A DNA stretch of 63,759 nt, filler included, from Octopus bimaculoides (GCF_001194135.2; 8 parts of 8 records of this genome joined end to end with filler, not necessarily neighbours in it); one strand, 5' to 3'. Numbered from the whole stretch's first letter, positions 39,542 to 52,260 are shown. Made by a program: numbers and translations. Notes: generated by a model from the letters alone, not told the origin.

Positions 39542-39800
39542 GAAGTGTTGTCACCATAGTAACTTACAAGTTTTGATTAAAAGCCCAGGAATTTTAAGTG
39601 CAAATCTGTCAACATAACGCAACACGATTTTCACTATATAACACTCTGAAACTTTCACTATTATGACAGGTTGTTGTTGGTGGGGGGAGAAATACAGTGA
39701 GCGAAACAGTATGTGAAAAATAGAATTAAATTCCCTCCTTCTACATATATGTTGTGACGGACAGACAAACGGAGATCAGTTTGACTTTTATAATATAAGA
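39306..39800. mobile_element. ~495-bp element with ~68-bp terminal inverted repeats and an internal (GATA)n
   Basis: 39306-39373 TCTTATATTATGAAAG...CTGTCCGCCACAGCATATATGTAGAAAGAGGG matches the reverse complement of 39733-39800. Confidence 0.8.
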
Positions 39801-40071
39801 TTGCTCAAGAGTATTCAAACTGTTTTTAATCGTCACCAAGAAAGTTAAAGTAAGTGCATATTAAACAAATATTTCTGCCGGCAAATATAAGCACCAAATT
39901 TTTTGGTATTATTTATTTCGTGTTATACATGTTGCACTACTTATAGGAGTTACAAAGATATACATGTAGTATAAAAAATGTAAGTTATCTCCTAATAGTG
40001 ATTCATCAGATAGAGAATTAAAATAATACAAATTTGCATTGGATTTGAGCTACAATATATATAGTATTTGT

Positions 40072-40343
40072 TGTAATGAGAGTCACGACGCCCCCTTGCA
40101 AGAAATAGATTGGACCGAGCGATTATAAATAGTAGCGGTCGGAGTGGAGTTTGTGTTTTAGTTCGCAGTGAAGTTGGAAGGTGTTGTTTGGTTAATTCAT
40201 TTGGAATATTGATTGTTGGTTCGTGAAGAGATTGTTGGATCGTTGCGTTGTTATTATGACTGCATCGTTATCTTGTTTACTGTTACTATACTGGTACAGT
40301 GTATGTAAACCATCCGTCATAATATCGTGACGGTACCATGACA
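40072..40343 (+). mobile_element. Candidate short solo LTR (272 bp)
   Basis: TGT...ACA termini, TATAAATAG box, G/T-rich downstream tract. Flanks TTTGT and TTTGG give a 4/5 TSD match. Confidence 0.55.
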
Positions 40344-41224
40344 TTTGGAGACGGAGGATAAAACAATAGGAGTCCTATAGATAGAAAAGTATATAGAGAA
40401 GAGACAGAAGTAATATTAATAAAGTGTGTCAGAGATAGCTAGAAATACGTAGCTCTACACACACACGACCACACACGTACACACACGCACACACAGATAT
40501 ACATACATATATGTATGTACATAAATTATATATGCGTACAGGTACATACTGCTACACATACTTACAGACTTAAGCGAACACGTTTACATTTGATGTTGAA
40601 AGGTCAAAGATATTTTCATTTCTCTATGACAGAAACGGAAAAATATAGTTGTTAGGCAAGACACGTGTTGAGAGTTTATATTATATATATATATATATTT
40701 AAGTTCGTGTACTTTAAGTTCGTTTAGAGTTGCCTCTCTTAGATACATCTCATTGACAAGAGTCAAAGAACTCGAAACATCGATATCTGAGATCCCCGAG
40801 AGATGGCGACACTGAACGAATTGGGTGTTTTCACACCTTTTTACCAATTAAAAAAAAATTTATTAATTTTTAGAATAAGGTTTTTATAGTATCTTTCTAG
40901 ATGGTGTGAATAACTTTTTTCATTATTGAATTGTTTAATAGAAGATTTTTCTCTAAATTATATACATGCATACATACATACAATATATATATATATATAN
41001 NNNNNNNNNNNNNNNNNNNNNNNNNNNNNNNNNNNNNNNNNNNNNNNNNNNNNNNNNNNNNNNNNNNNNNNNNNNNNNNNNNNNNNNNNNNNNNNNNNNN
41101 NNNNNNNNNNNNNNNNNNNNNNNNNNNNNNNNNNNNNNNNNNNNNNNNNNNNNNNNNNNATATATATATATATATATAATCAAATGTTTATGTAGATAGA
41201 ATCTCACTCCCTCCATCAAATCAA

Positions 41225-41395
41225 CATTACCTGTACAGGTGCAACTGGGTGCCTCATGTCAGATGTCGAAATGATCGCTGGGCAACGCGTGAAATGAAGT
41301 GCTTTGCTCAAGAACACAACGCAACGCCCGGTCTGGGAATCGAACCCACGCAATCGTGAGTACAACATCTTAACCACTAAGCCATGCGCCTTCAC
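41225..41395 (-). mobile_element. SINE (CTTGAGCAA domain family)
   Basis: GCGCATGGCTTAGTGGTTAAG...GGTTCGATTCCCAGACCGGG...GTTCTTGAGCAAAGCAC on the minus strand. Confidence 0.8.
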
Positions 41396-41654
41396 ATATG
41401 TGTGTGTGTGTGTGCGTGTGTGTGTGTGAAGTGTCTTTTGTCTTTTACTCACTTCAGTCATTAGACACACACAATGTACACACGCACAAATGTACGAAAA
41501 AGACAGGGAGTATTTAATACTTGTTTTAAAGTGTATGATTGCTGAGTTTGAAGCCATTGCAATCTTGTTGTCTTCGCAATGGCGTGAAAATCCAGTTGCG
41601 AAAAGCAATGCATATGTGCGGACATACATGTTAGCATGTGCCAGTGTGTGTGTG

Positions 41655-41691
<37 letters not shown>

Positions 41692-41841
41692 AGAGCAAGT
41701 CTCCGCGTGTTTGGTAGAATTAATCGTCACTCAGTTTAACCTCGCCACATTTCCCTTGGTTGTTTTTAGATGTGTCCATTCTGTTGCAAGTATTTGAACC
41801 AGATCTGTGAGAATAACGACGAAATAGCTCCACTATGCTAA

Positions 41842-42076
41842 TTTCTTATTTTTTTATTGCCCACAAGGGGCTAAACATAGAGGGGACAAACAAGGACAGA
41901 CAAAGGAATTAAGTCGATTGCATCGACCCCAGTGTGTAACTGGTAATTAATTTATCGATTCCGAAAGGATGAAAGGCAAAGTCGACCTCGGCGGAATTTG
42001 AACTCAGAACGTAACGGCAAACGAAATACCGCTAAGCATTTCGCCCGATGTGCTAACGATTCTGCCAGCTCGCCGC
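41842..42076 (-). mobile_element. Full-length SINE (GGCAGAATCGTTAGC family)
   Basis: GCGGCGAGCTGGCAGAATCGTTAGC...GAGTTCAAATTCC...AATAAAAAAATAAGAAA. Confidence 0.88.
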
Positions 42077-42623
42077 ATTTCTATGCTACTTTCTATGCTA
42101 CTCAATGCTACTTTCTACTAGATAAATCCTTCATTTGTTATTCGAGTTTTCCTGTCCATTCCTAGTCAGAGAAGCACCCCAAACGTTGATGGGCATCACC
42201 ATTTCCCATCTGACTTAAGCCATTAAAAATATCTCTAATTATCCAATCAGATGGCTAGAATATTTATACTTCTTCCAACACAAGGGAGTAATTACTAATT
42301 AATTATTTCTACATAATTTAGGAAAATATATGTTTACTCAACCGAAAAATGATTTTGTTGTTCGTTGCTATTTCTAATATCGCAATTTTAAGATTTATAC
42401 AATGTGTGTACACGCGTGTGTGCACGTGCACATGTATAAGTGTGCGTAGGTGTATGTGTGTGCATGTGCGTATGTGTTGTGTGTATATAGTTGTGCAGTG
42501 TATGTATTCGTGTGTGTCAGGGCGCTATAAAGTGTCACTCAGGCGTGACAACATCGGCGTGAAGCTTTAGCTTTTGGCAGGTGTTTAAAAATAAACACTA
42601 ACATGTACCTCTCTTTCGTTTAG

Positions 42624-42633
42624 GCACACCAAG
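42624..42633 (+). other. Candidate 10-nt microexon
   Basis: Branch-point ACTAAC (42597-42602), pyrimidine tract, TTTAG|GCACACCAAG|GTAAGC. Confidence 0.4.
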
Positions 42634-42817
42634 GTAAGCGTATACACACGCGCACGCGCATATACATACATATATACATACATACATACATACATACANN
42701 NNNNNNNNNNNNNNNNNNNNNNNNNNNNNNNNNNNNNNNNNNTTAATTAATTAANNNNNNNNNNNNNNNNNNNNNNNNNNNNNNNNNNNNNNNNNNNNGG
42801 GTACTGAAAAAAAAAAG

Positions 42818-43387
42818 TTGGCTGTGGTGCTGGTGGTGGTGGTGGTGGTTGTGATGGTGGTGATGGCAGTGGTGATGGTAGTGGTGATAGTCGTGGTGGA
42901 GGTGGCGATGGCAGTAGTGGCAATGGTGGTGGTGGTGGTGATAGTGGTGGTTGTGAATGGTGGGAGGAGAGAAAAATATCTACAACTACCACTATCACTA
43001 CTTCTATAACCATCACCTCCATCACCACCACCACCACCGCCAATACAACCACCACCATTGCCAGCACCACAACCACTACCATCATCAACACCACTATAAT
43101 CAGCAATACTACAACCACCACCATCATTATCATCAACATCATCAAGAACACCACTGCTACCACATACACCATCATCATCAGCACTTGTTGCACCACCACT
43201 GCCACCACTACCACAATCTACACCACCATCACCATCACCACTATCACCACCACTACCATCACCACCATCACCATTACTACCACCACCATCCCAACACAAC
43301 CATCACCATCACCACCACTACCACAATCTGCACCACCATCACCAAGACCACTATCACCACCACTACCATCGCTACCACCATCACCAT
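42818..43387. repeat. Degenerate (GGT)n/(CAC)n trinucleotide tract with an orientation switch near 42980
   Basis: GGT-rich 42818-42965, then CAC/CAT-rich to the gap. The His/Thr/Val-rich ORFs here are by-products. Confidence 0.85.
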
Positions 43388-45171
43388 NNNNNNNNNNNNN
43401 NNNNNNNNNNNNNNNNNNNNNNNNNNNNNNNNNNNNNNNNNNNNNNNNNNNNNNNNNNNNNNNNNNNNNNNNNNNNNNNNNNNNNNNNNNNNNNNNNNNN
43501 NNNNNNNNNNNNNNNNNNNNNNNNNNNNNNNNNNNNNNNNNNNNNNNNNNNNNNNNNNNNNNNNNNNNNNNNNNNNNNNNNNNNNNNNNNNNNNNNNNNN
43601 NNNNNNNNNNNNNNNNNNNNNNNNNNNNNNNNNNNNNNNNNNNNNNNNNNNNNNNNNNNNNNNNNNNNNNNNNNNNNNNNNNNNNNNNNNNNNNNNNNNN
43701 NNNNNNNNNNNNNNNNNNNNNNNNNNNNNNNNNNNNNNNNNNNNNNNNNNNNNNNNNNNNNNNNNNNNNNNNNNNNNNNNNNNNNNNNNNNNNNNNNNNN
43801 NNNNNNNNNNNNNNNNNNNNNNNNNNNNNNNNNNNNNNNNNNNNNNNNNNNNNNNNNNNNNNNNNNNNNNNNNNNNNNNNNNNNNNNNNNNNNNNNNNNN
43901 NNNNNNNNNNNNNNNNNNNNNNNNNNNNNNNNNNNNNNNNNNNNNNNNNNNNNNNNNNNNNNNNNNNNNNNNNNNNNNNNNNNNNNNNNNNNNNNNNNNN
44001 NNNNNNNNNNNNNNNNNNNNNNNNNNNNNNNNNNNNNNNNNNNNNNNNNNNNNNNNNNNNNNNNNNNNNNNNNNNNNNNNNNNNNNNNNNNNNNNNNNNN
44101 NNNNNNNNNNNNNNNNNNNNNNNNNNNNNNNNNNNNNNNNNNNNNNNNNNNNNNNNNNNNNNNNNNNNNNNNNNNNNNNNNNNNNNNNNNNNNNNNNNNN
44201 ACACACACACACGCGCAGACGGTGGTGGAGGGTGGCAGGGTTTGGAAACCAGAATGTGATTAAGATTTGAGTTTAAGGATCAGAGATCAGTCAGATTAAA
44301 GGGGTCAGTTTGGAAAGCTCAGAGAATGACTTTGTAGGTATTTAGGGAGTGTGTATGACTGTTTGAATGTGTGCATGTGTGTGTGTGATTTGTTTGTTTG
44401 TATGTATGTATGTATGTATGTATGTATGTATGTATGTATGTAGTTGCATATATACAACCAGATATGTTTATGAGGTATGGATATTTGTATATTTGTTGGA
44501 ATATTTGGCTGTATGTCAACACAGACAGACAGACAGACAGTGGATAGATGGAGAGGGGAATAGATAGATAGATAGATAGATAGATAGGTAGGTAGGTAGA
44601 TAGATAGATAGATAGATAGATAGATTAAGAGGCAGACTGATAGATAGATAGATATATAGATAGACAGATAGATAGATACATTTCTTTTATTAGCCACACA
44701 GGGCTCAACGAAGATGGGACAAATACAATGTAGAGCTTTTCTTTTTGGGAGGGGGAAAAAAAAAAAGAAAAGAAAAGAAAAAAAAAGTGGTGGTGTCGAT
44801 CAAAAGGGATCGTAGGAAGGGAAAAAGGGGGAGTTCGATCAAAAGGGATCGAAAAAAAAAAAAAGGAAAGGCCGATCAATAGGGATCGTGTATCACACAG
44901 TAATGTTCTCGTGTAAAAGAGGGGAGGACAGTTTAGGTTTAGCCGTGGAAGGAAAAGCCTACGGAAAAGACCACGGTAACCTTGGTCAATATTCTCATTG
45001 AAGAAACTATAACAGTAAGTGTCTCTCTTTTGCCTTTTTGTTTTATTTTTATTTCTTGTTCATAGGGTTATGCTCAAGATGGCTCCGTCGTTCACACGTG
45101 CCATCCTTGCTACATAGATAGATAGATAGAGAGATAGAGAGATGGATGGATAGATATAGATAGATAGAGAT

Positions 45172-45202
<31 letters not shown>

Positions 45203-45363
45203 TGGATAGACAGATAGATGACCAGATAGATAGAGGCAGACAGAGAGAGATTAATGGATAGAGACAGAGTGAGAGAGAGAGATAGATAGAGATAGACAGA
45301 GATAGATAGACAGATGGAAGAGTAGATAGATAAACAGACAGACCACTGAACAGAAAAACAGAT

Positions 45364-45942
45364 ACATTATTTACATTATTTACATTTGAGGGATATTTGC
45401 CTTCATCTTGTTTGTTGTTAGCACGTTTTGGATGATATACCCTCCAGCCTTCATCAGGTGTCTTGGGGGAAATTTCGAACCTGGGTTCTCATTCCTAAGG
45501 TATTTTTCTATATTATTATAATTAGTCAAAATTAAAAGAAGAGTGCCATTGTTATCTAATGAATAATATTTCGACGTCTTGTGTGTCTTCAACTGGTTCA
45601 AAAAATAAATTTGTCAATCTACTTCATTTTGGTTAATATAGAAAGGATTGAGATAACTCCTCCTGAAGATATAGAGTCAAATAGACTATTTTTATAATAG
45701 ACTCTATAGAGTCTATAGAGTCAAATAGGCTCTATTATTATAATTATTATTATTATTATTCAGGTCACTGCCTGGAATTGAACTCGGAATCTTGGGGTTA
45801 GTAGCCCGCGCTCTTAACCACTATGCCATATGCCCGTGGAGGGAATATCAGCCGTAACGTTGTGTTAACAACATACAAGATGAGGACAAAATCCGTCAAA
45901 ATGTAAATAATGTAAATAATTCCTCATCTCTTAAATATAGAA
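45364..45942. mobile_element. Fold-back composite repeat: tRNA-like head plus two inverted HHR-bearing tail copies
   Basis: Tail on minus 45364-45510 (GACAC-CTGATGA-AGGCTG...CATCC-AAAACGT) and tail on plus 45839-45942 (CAGCCGTAACGTTGTGTT). Head on minus 45736-45838 with A box TGGCATAGTGG and B box GAGTTCAATTCC. Confidence 0.75.
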
Positions 45943-46127
45943 CAAAAAAACTGATAGGTCTTGTGAATCAAACAGGATAACGAAACACAAAGCATGAGTA
46001 TATTGTCAATATTCATCACACCAAAGCCTGAAACTCTTGGTTGTAATTTCTGCAGACTAATAACAGTAAAAAAGACAGGTAGATAAGTAGATAAACATCT
46101 GCATTAAGGTTCATTTTATGTTGTTAA

Positions 46128-46335
46128 GGCACATGGCTCGCAATCATGAGGTAGTGAGTGCGATTTTATGATTGGCTGTTTCGTGTTCTTGAGCAAGACA
46201 CTTTATTTCACGTTACTCTAGTTTACTCAGCTGTAGAAATGAGTTGTGACGTCACAGGTGCCAAGCTGTATCAGCCCCTTTGCCTTTCCCTTGGATAACA
46301 TCAGTGGCATAGAGAGGTGAAGCTGGTATGCATCA
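46128..46335 (+). mobile_element. SINE (CTTGAGCAA domain family), degenerate
   Basis: GTGTTCTTGAGCAAGACACTTTATTTCACG...GTAGAAATGAGTTG...CTTTCCCTTGGATAAC. Confidence 0.75.
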
Positions 46336-46364
46336 ACAGGTGCTTGCATATTATACTTAAAATT

Positions 46365-46700
46365 AGATGACCCAAACACATAAGCAATATGGAGCTATGA
46401 CAAAGAACGAATCAAATTTCGATTAGGGAGCAAATATTTAAGAAAAAGTGGAAGTGGATTGGTAGCACAATTAGAAAAGACACACCAAATGTAGCGAAAA
46501 GTGCTTTACAGTGGAATCTGGATGGATATAGAAACAAAGGTAGGCCTAAGAACTCGTGGCGTAGATCAACACAAAAGGAACTAGAGAAAGGGGGACATTC
46601 ATGGCAGAGTATAAGTACAGAAGCGAAAAATTATGCGACATGGAATTCAATTATAAGTGGCCTATACTCTGCGTTGGAGGGTTAAAGGCAAGAAAAAAAA
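46365..46700 (+). mobile_element. RTE-like LINE 3' coding end (pseudogenised)
   Basis: Translates to IR*PKHISNMEL*QRTNQISIREQIFKKKWKWIGSTIRKDTPNVAKSALQWNLDGYRNKGRPKNSWRRS...ATWNSIISGLYS, the typical RTE C-terminus, then an A-rich tail. Confidence 0.85.
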
Positions 46701-46964
46701 ACATATGACATAATATATATGACATCTCGCATTTCTGGATAACTTTATAACTTCTAAAATTGCAGAAGAATTCGCCAGTCGGCAGTTTAGCTTAAGGAGT
46801 AGAGCACTCCAACCGGATAGTGGAAGGGTTCAATCTTCATGGCTGGTTGCTGGCAAATTTTTCGGCTCTTAAAAGGATTTTATCCTTCATATATACTGTT
46901 CAGTATTTACGTGTGGAAAAAATATATCTGTGTGTATACATATGTGTGTGTATGTGTGTTTGTG

Positions 46965-47170
46965 TCCATTCCCCATCACTGCCTGACAACTGGTGTTCGT
47001 GTGTTTGTGTTCCCATAACTTAGCAGTTCAACAAAAGGGACTGATAGAATAAGTACCAGGTTTGGAACAAAAATGAACTAAGGGCTGGAGTCAATTCGTT
47101 TGACTAAAATTTCTTCCAGGTGATGCCCCACCATGGCCACAGTCTAATGGCTGAAACCAGGTAAAAAGTA
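46965..47170 (+). mobile_element. SINE 3' tail module, degenerate
   Basis: GACAACTGGTGTTCGTGTGTTTG...TAACTTAGCAGTTC...GATAGAATAAGTACCAGG. Confidence 0.65.
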
Positions 47171-47264
47171 TATTCACACACGTACAGTCATGTACAGACA
47201 CATGAACACACACGGACACTTTGATACAGACGCACACACACTGATAGACAGATGTACATTTGCA

Positions 47265-47709
47265 GGTGGTGAGCTGGCAGAATCGTTAGCATGCCAGGTG
47301 AAATGCTTAACGGTATTTTGTCTGCTGTTACGTTCTGAGTTCAAATTCTGCAAAGGTCGACATTGTCTTTCATCCTTTCAGGGTTGATAAATTAAGTACC
47401 CGTTACACACTGGGGTCGATGAAATAGACTTAATCCCTTTGTCTGTCCTTGTTTGTCCCCTCTATGTTTAGCCCCTTGTGGGCAATAAAGAAATAAGAAA
47501 CGTTAGCACACTGTGCGAAATGCTAAGCAGTATTTTGTCTGCCGTTATGTTCTAAGTTCAAATTCCGCCGAGGCCGACTTTTTATCCTTTCAGGGTTGAT
47601 AAATTAAGTACCAGTTATGCACTGGGGTCGATGTAATCGAATTGATCCCTTTGTCTGTCCTTGTTTGTCCCCTCTGTCTTTAGCTCTTTGTGAGCAATAA
47701 AGAAATAAG
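47265..47709 (+). mobile_element. Head-to-tail SINE dimer (GGCAGAATCGTTAGC family)
   Basis: The second copy starts at CGTTAGC (about 47501) immediately after the AAGAAATAAGAAA tail of the first. Confidence 0.85.
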
Positions 47710-48118
47710 ATGTACATTTGCACACACTCAGACAAAAGCACACACAAAGCTACACACATACATACATATAGTCACATATCCATGCACTCGCAAACACACA
47801 CACAACCATATACATGCATCTTAATATACGTAGTCATATACACACTACAGCCAGAGTCACACACACACACACACACACACACAATACAGTCTGACTCACA
47901 CATGTATAGTCACATTTGCACATATAGTTGCATACATACACACATATACACACACAAACTCACTTATACCCTACAGTTGCATTTACACATACAGTCATGC
48001 ACACATGCACACACATTCAGACATAGTTACATTCATACGCATATAATCAGACATACACACACATTCATGTGACATGCACAAACATATTCACGCACTCACA
48101 TTTACATTCATACAGAGT

Positions 48119-48161
<43 letters not shown>

Positions 48162-48663
48162 ATTCACAAATTCACACACACATTTACAATTCTACACAGT
48201 CACACACATGCATATATTCACATAACCACAGACATATAAACACACACTCACTGACAAACAGTTACATTCATACACACACACAGACGCATTCACATACAGT
48301 GACATTTATACACACACAGACATACACAGTTACATTCATACAAACACACAAAAACATATATAAGTTACATTCATACACACACATATTCACACACACGAAA
48401 TTACATTCATACACATACAATTACATTCATACACATGCACACACACACACACACACAATTACATTCATACACACAAACACAGACACACACAAGTTCCTAC
48501 ACAGCCTCACACACACAAGCATCTACACATTCCTACACACAGTTCTATATACACACACACACACAAACACATAGACACACACAAGTTCCTACACAGCCTC
48601 ACACACACAAGCATCTACACATTCCTACACACAGTTCTACATACACACACACACACAAACACA
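47710..48663. repeat. Cryptic (CA)-rich tract ending in a ~92-bp tandem duplication
   Basis: CAAGTTCCTACACAGCC recurs at 48490 and 48582. Confidence 0.8.
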
Positions 48664-49319
48664 NNNNNNNNNNNNNNNNNNNNNNNNNNNNNNNNNNNNN
48701 NNNNNNNTTAATTAATTAANNNNNNNNNNNNNNNNNNNNNNNNNNNNNNNNNNNNNNNNNNNNCTGTGGAACACAAATGATTTGCAATTTTTTCACTGTT
48801 CAAGTTGTTTTCACAAACATTTTTATATGAACCATTGTGATACACTAGAATTGTGTTGTTTATGTATGTAACTAGAAAAACAAACAGAAAAAATACAATA
48901 CAAGACAGAAAACAAAATTTAATTTTAATTTAATTCATCTATAACCAATATCAGCTTATGCACATACCATTACGATCACCACCAATGTTTATCACTACTA
49001 TACTTATATGTGTGCTGGCATGTGTATGTGTGTATGTATGTGTATAAAACTGCAAACATGTGTGTGTATAAATAGGATACAGCCTTTCATCTATGCACAC
49101 TTTGCTGAACATATCAATGCAAAATTGTTAACAATTTTAATGTTAAGATATTTGTATTCCCAAACAGCAGAGTGGACTTAATGCTTTTTATGTGGCACAA
49201 GCACAGGTGAGGTGAGTAGTGCATTTTACAAGGCACAAGCATACATATATACTTTACAAACACCGGACACACACATGTATATCTATATTTACATATAGAA
49301 AGGAATTTTTTCTACGTAC

Positions 49320-49430
49320 AGCAATGGAATTCATCAGAGCCATCGTCACAGTCTTTTTTGCCATCACAGCGAAGTCCTTGTTTGATGCATTTCAGATTTT
49401 TGCATTGCCAATGTCCAGTTGCACATGAAG
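49320..49430 (-). CDS. Exon encoding a complete LDL-receptor class A repeat (MAM/LDLa-domain protein)
   Basis: 111-bp phase 1-1 exon, TTTCAG|...|GTACGT. Encodes SCATGHWQCKNLKCIKQGLRCDGKKDCDDGSDEFHC, with six Cys and the DC.DGSDE motif. Confidence 0.95.
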
Positions 49431-49959
49431 CTGAAAGTAGAAAATTGGGAAAAAGAAATCAACCATGGAATCTTTTGTAATCTGGAAAGCTTTCTACTTT
49501 GCTGCTGTTGTTTAGCTCAGGGTCAGTCTTTATCTTGTAGACCTATGACTGCTCTAAGTTATACATCCTGTCTGTTTTCAGATATAGTGCATTTAGAAGT
49601 ATATTGTTCAATGCATTCTTCACTTTTTCAGGTGTTTTCTAGCAGGTTCTGTAACTATACAGAAGCTTTCTCATTTGCTCCACTGTAGATGTACTAAATA
49701 TCCCTGTCATGTACTATGGAAGAAATAATTGACTGTACTGCCAACTAAATTTGGAGCCTGCTATGTGAGAAATACTTTTTTTTTTTTTAATCAATCCAAT
49801 TAAAACCTTAACTGATTCATTTTCTTCGTTGAAGCCATTCTGTTTCTATTGATTCACTCCTCACTTGAGGCTTGCTATGTTCCCCATTTAGTGATTAGAA
49901 AAATGGCTGAATTACTTAATAAAAGCTTTTTATGTCTCCTATATAATAATTAATAATCT

Positions 49960-52260
49960 GGCTGATTTACTTCCATGTTGAAGCTATTTTGTTTCCTATG
50001 AAATGGTTGGAAACCCAAAGGCTTCAAAGCCTAAATGAAAATGTTTTGTTTTTTAAATACCTGATAGAAACTGAGAGATTTAAATTCTCAGCTTTGTTAA
50101 TTTGGTTTTCATGTAAGCATTGACAACCAAGCTCATTCAGATACCAGTTACTGTTAATAGTTGGCAAACCAGTTGTTTCAATTTTTATTTGAAGCTTTTT
50201 TATTCTCAAGATGTTGTTGACATCCTAGTTATCTCTATTTCCATTTCAAAGTATTTTCTTTCCTATTTAGTTATTGTTAGCAATCCAGCTGCTTCCACTC
50301 CTATTTGAAGCGTTTTAAAGTACCATGCAGGACTTGTCAACTTGACTATTTCAGTTCCAATTCAAAGCTACTTTATTTTGCCATGCAAGACTTGTTAACC
50401 CAGCTGTTTCAATTCCAAGATGTACAATAAGCAATGCAACACTTTCAGCTTTTATTCAAAACAGTTTATATTCCCAGGAAATAGTTAGTAAATGTTGTGG
50501 AGGACACCCCCAAGTGAGAGAAGTGGGCTGTTCCAATACAAATAAATAGTGGACAGCTACAAGGAGTGTAGTCAGTCACCGAGGTATTTTCGGTGCTTTT
50601 TTAATCATTTTCGATCCCTGTGAGTTAAATTGTGAGTTAAAATGTTATATACCTGTTGAAGGTCTCCCGTAAGGGTGAAACTATTTGTTGAATATCATTG
50701 TTAAACTGTTGAATAGTTGTTGCTGTTTTTGTCTGTGAAATAACAATTGTTTTCTTCCCCATTCATGGGTGAAGTAGGCAAGAAGCAGAGGATGGAGTGT
50801 GAACCATTTCCAGCCAGCAGCTATGCTTCAGCCACTGGGAGAAGTTTGACAGCTGACATGTTGCAGGTACCAGAGATAAAGATGGAGTAGAGGAAGTTTA
50901 AGGGGTTCAACAGACTCATAGAGAAAGATGGAACCAGTTTGAGGTTGACACTGCCAGAAAATTTAACAGTGACCATGATGAAGTGGACAGTGGTGGATAG
51001 AACGCTGTCCACAACATCGAAAAAAATAAAAATAGCCACAGTAGAGGCTATAGAAGAATGCTTAAAGGAGGTAAAAAGCCTTACAGCATTTTACACGAGA
51101 GGGAAGAAATACGGCACAGTGGAGGTAAGGTTGGCTTACCAACTGTTTGAATGTGTTTGTAATTCTGTTTTTCATGTTGCAACTCTTGACAGCCCAGCTA
51201 TTTAAGTTAATAGCTATTGCTAGCTACTTTCCTCCAATTAGCTGTTGGCAGCCTACTCACTTCAATTTTCTATCAAAATTGTTTTTCTTCTCACTCAGCA
51301 GTTGATAATACAGCTGATGTTTCAGCTTTTAGTTAATCGAATGTGTTACCAATTCAATTATTGATGACCCAGCTGTTTCAGTTTCCTTTTGAATCCATTT
51401 TATTTGTTATGTAATTGTTGGCTACTGAGCTCATTTAATTCCAAGTTGAAGCTATTTCATTTCTACATATTTGGAAGGCCAACTGTTTCTCCTCACATTT
51501 AGTGGTATTTTCTGTCCCATGCAGTTGCTGGCAGCCAGATGATTCAATATCCAGTGTACTTCTTTTGTTAGCCTTGTAACAAATGCCAAACCAATTGTTT
51601 CAATAAAGACTTGAGTTTATTTGTTTCCTATGTAATATTGAGAAAATCTAGTAGTTTCAATTAGCTGTTGAAGGCAATTTGTTTGTCATGTAATAGCTTA
51701 CTGCCTAGTTGTTTCAATTCAACAGTTTTATTTTTCTGCATGCCACAGTCAGGAAATTGGCAAAGTGGTCTTTCAATTCCCATTTGGAGATATTTCATTT
51801 ACTATATCATTGACAACCTGTTTCAGTTCCCATACATTTCTTGGTAACTCTGCTACTTAGATTCCCAAAAGAAGTTACTTTATCTCTTATACATCGGTTA
51901 GGAAACCAGCTGTTTCAATTCTAAATTGAAGCTATTTTCTGTCCTATGCATAATTAGCACCCAGTTCTTTAACTTCTCAACTGATACTATTTTCTTTTCC
52001 ATGCAATGTTTGGCACCCAGATACATTTTACACTTGAATGTATTATTTTCCATGCAATAGTTGTTGCCAAAATTCAGTGTTTATTTCCAAGGTAAAGCAA
52101 TACCTTTTTTTTTTTTTGACCAATATGAACGATACTAATCCGGCTATATATATTCCTTGTTGAAGATTCTTTTGTTTCTCATGCAACAGTTTGTGACCCT
52201 GTTGTTCAATTGAAGCAATTGTGTTTCATATGCAACATTTTAATTCCCTATTTCATCTCT
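49960..52260. repeat. Old degenerate minisatellite, ~56-bp period
   Basis: A CCCAGCTGTTTCAATTCC-like core recurs at about 51371, 51481, 51537, 51593, 51650 and 51707, with further copies near 50285, 50400 and 51905-52200. Interrupted by 50470-51135. Confidence 0.7.
50470..51135 (+). mobile_element. Probable LINE 5' fragment (5'UTR plus ORF1 N-terminus, with one in-frame stop)
   Basis: MECEPFPASSYASATG...ME*RKFKG...IEECLKEVKSLTAFYTRGKKYGTVEVR. A purine-rich island that ends abruptly inside the minisatellite. The ORF1 assignment rests on motif resemblance only. Confidence 0.45.

Noticed and set aside
42747-43387. His-, Thr-, Val- or Gly-rich ORFs suggesting a metal-binding or mucin protein
   Set aside because: They are trinucleotide-repeat by-products. 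All frames are low-complexity and no splice context supports them.
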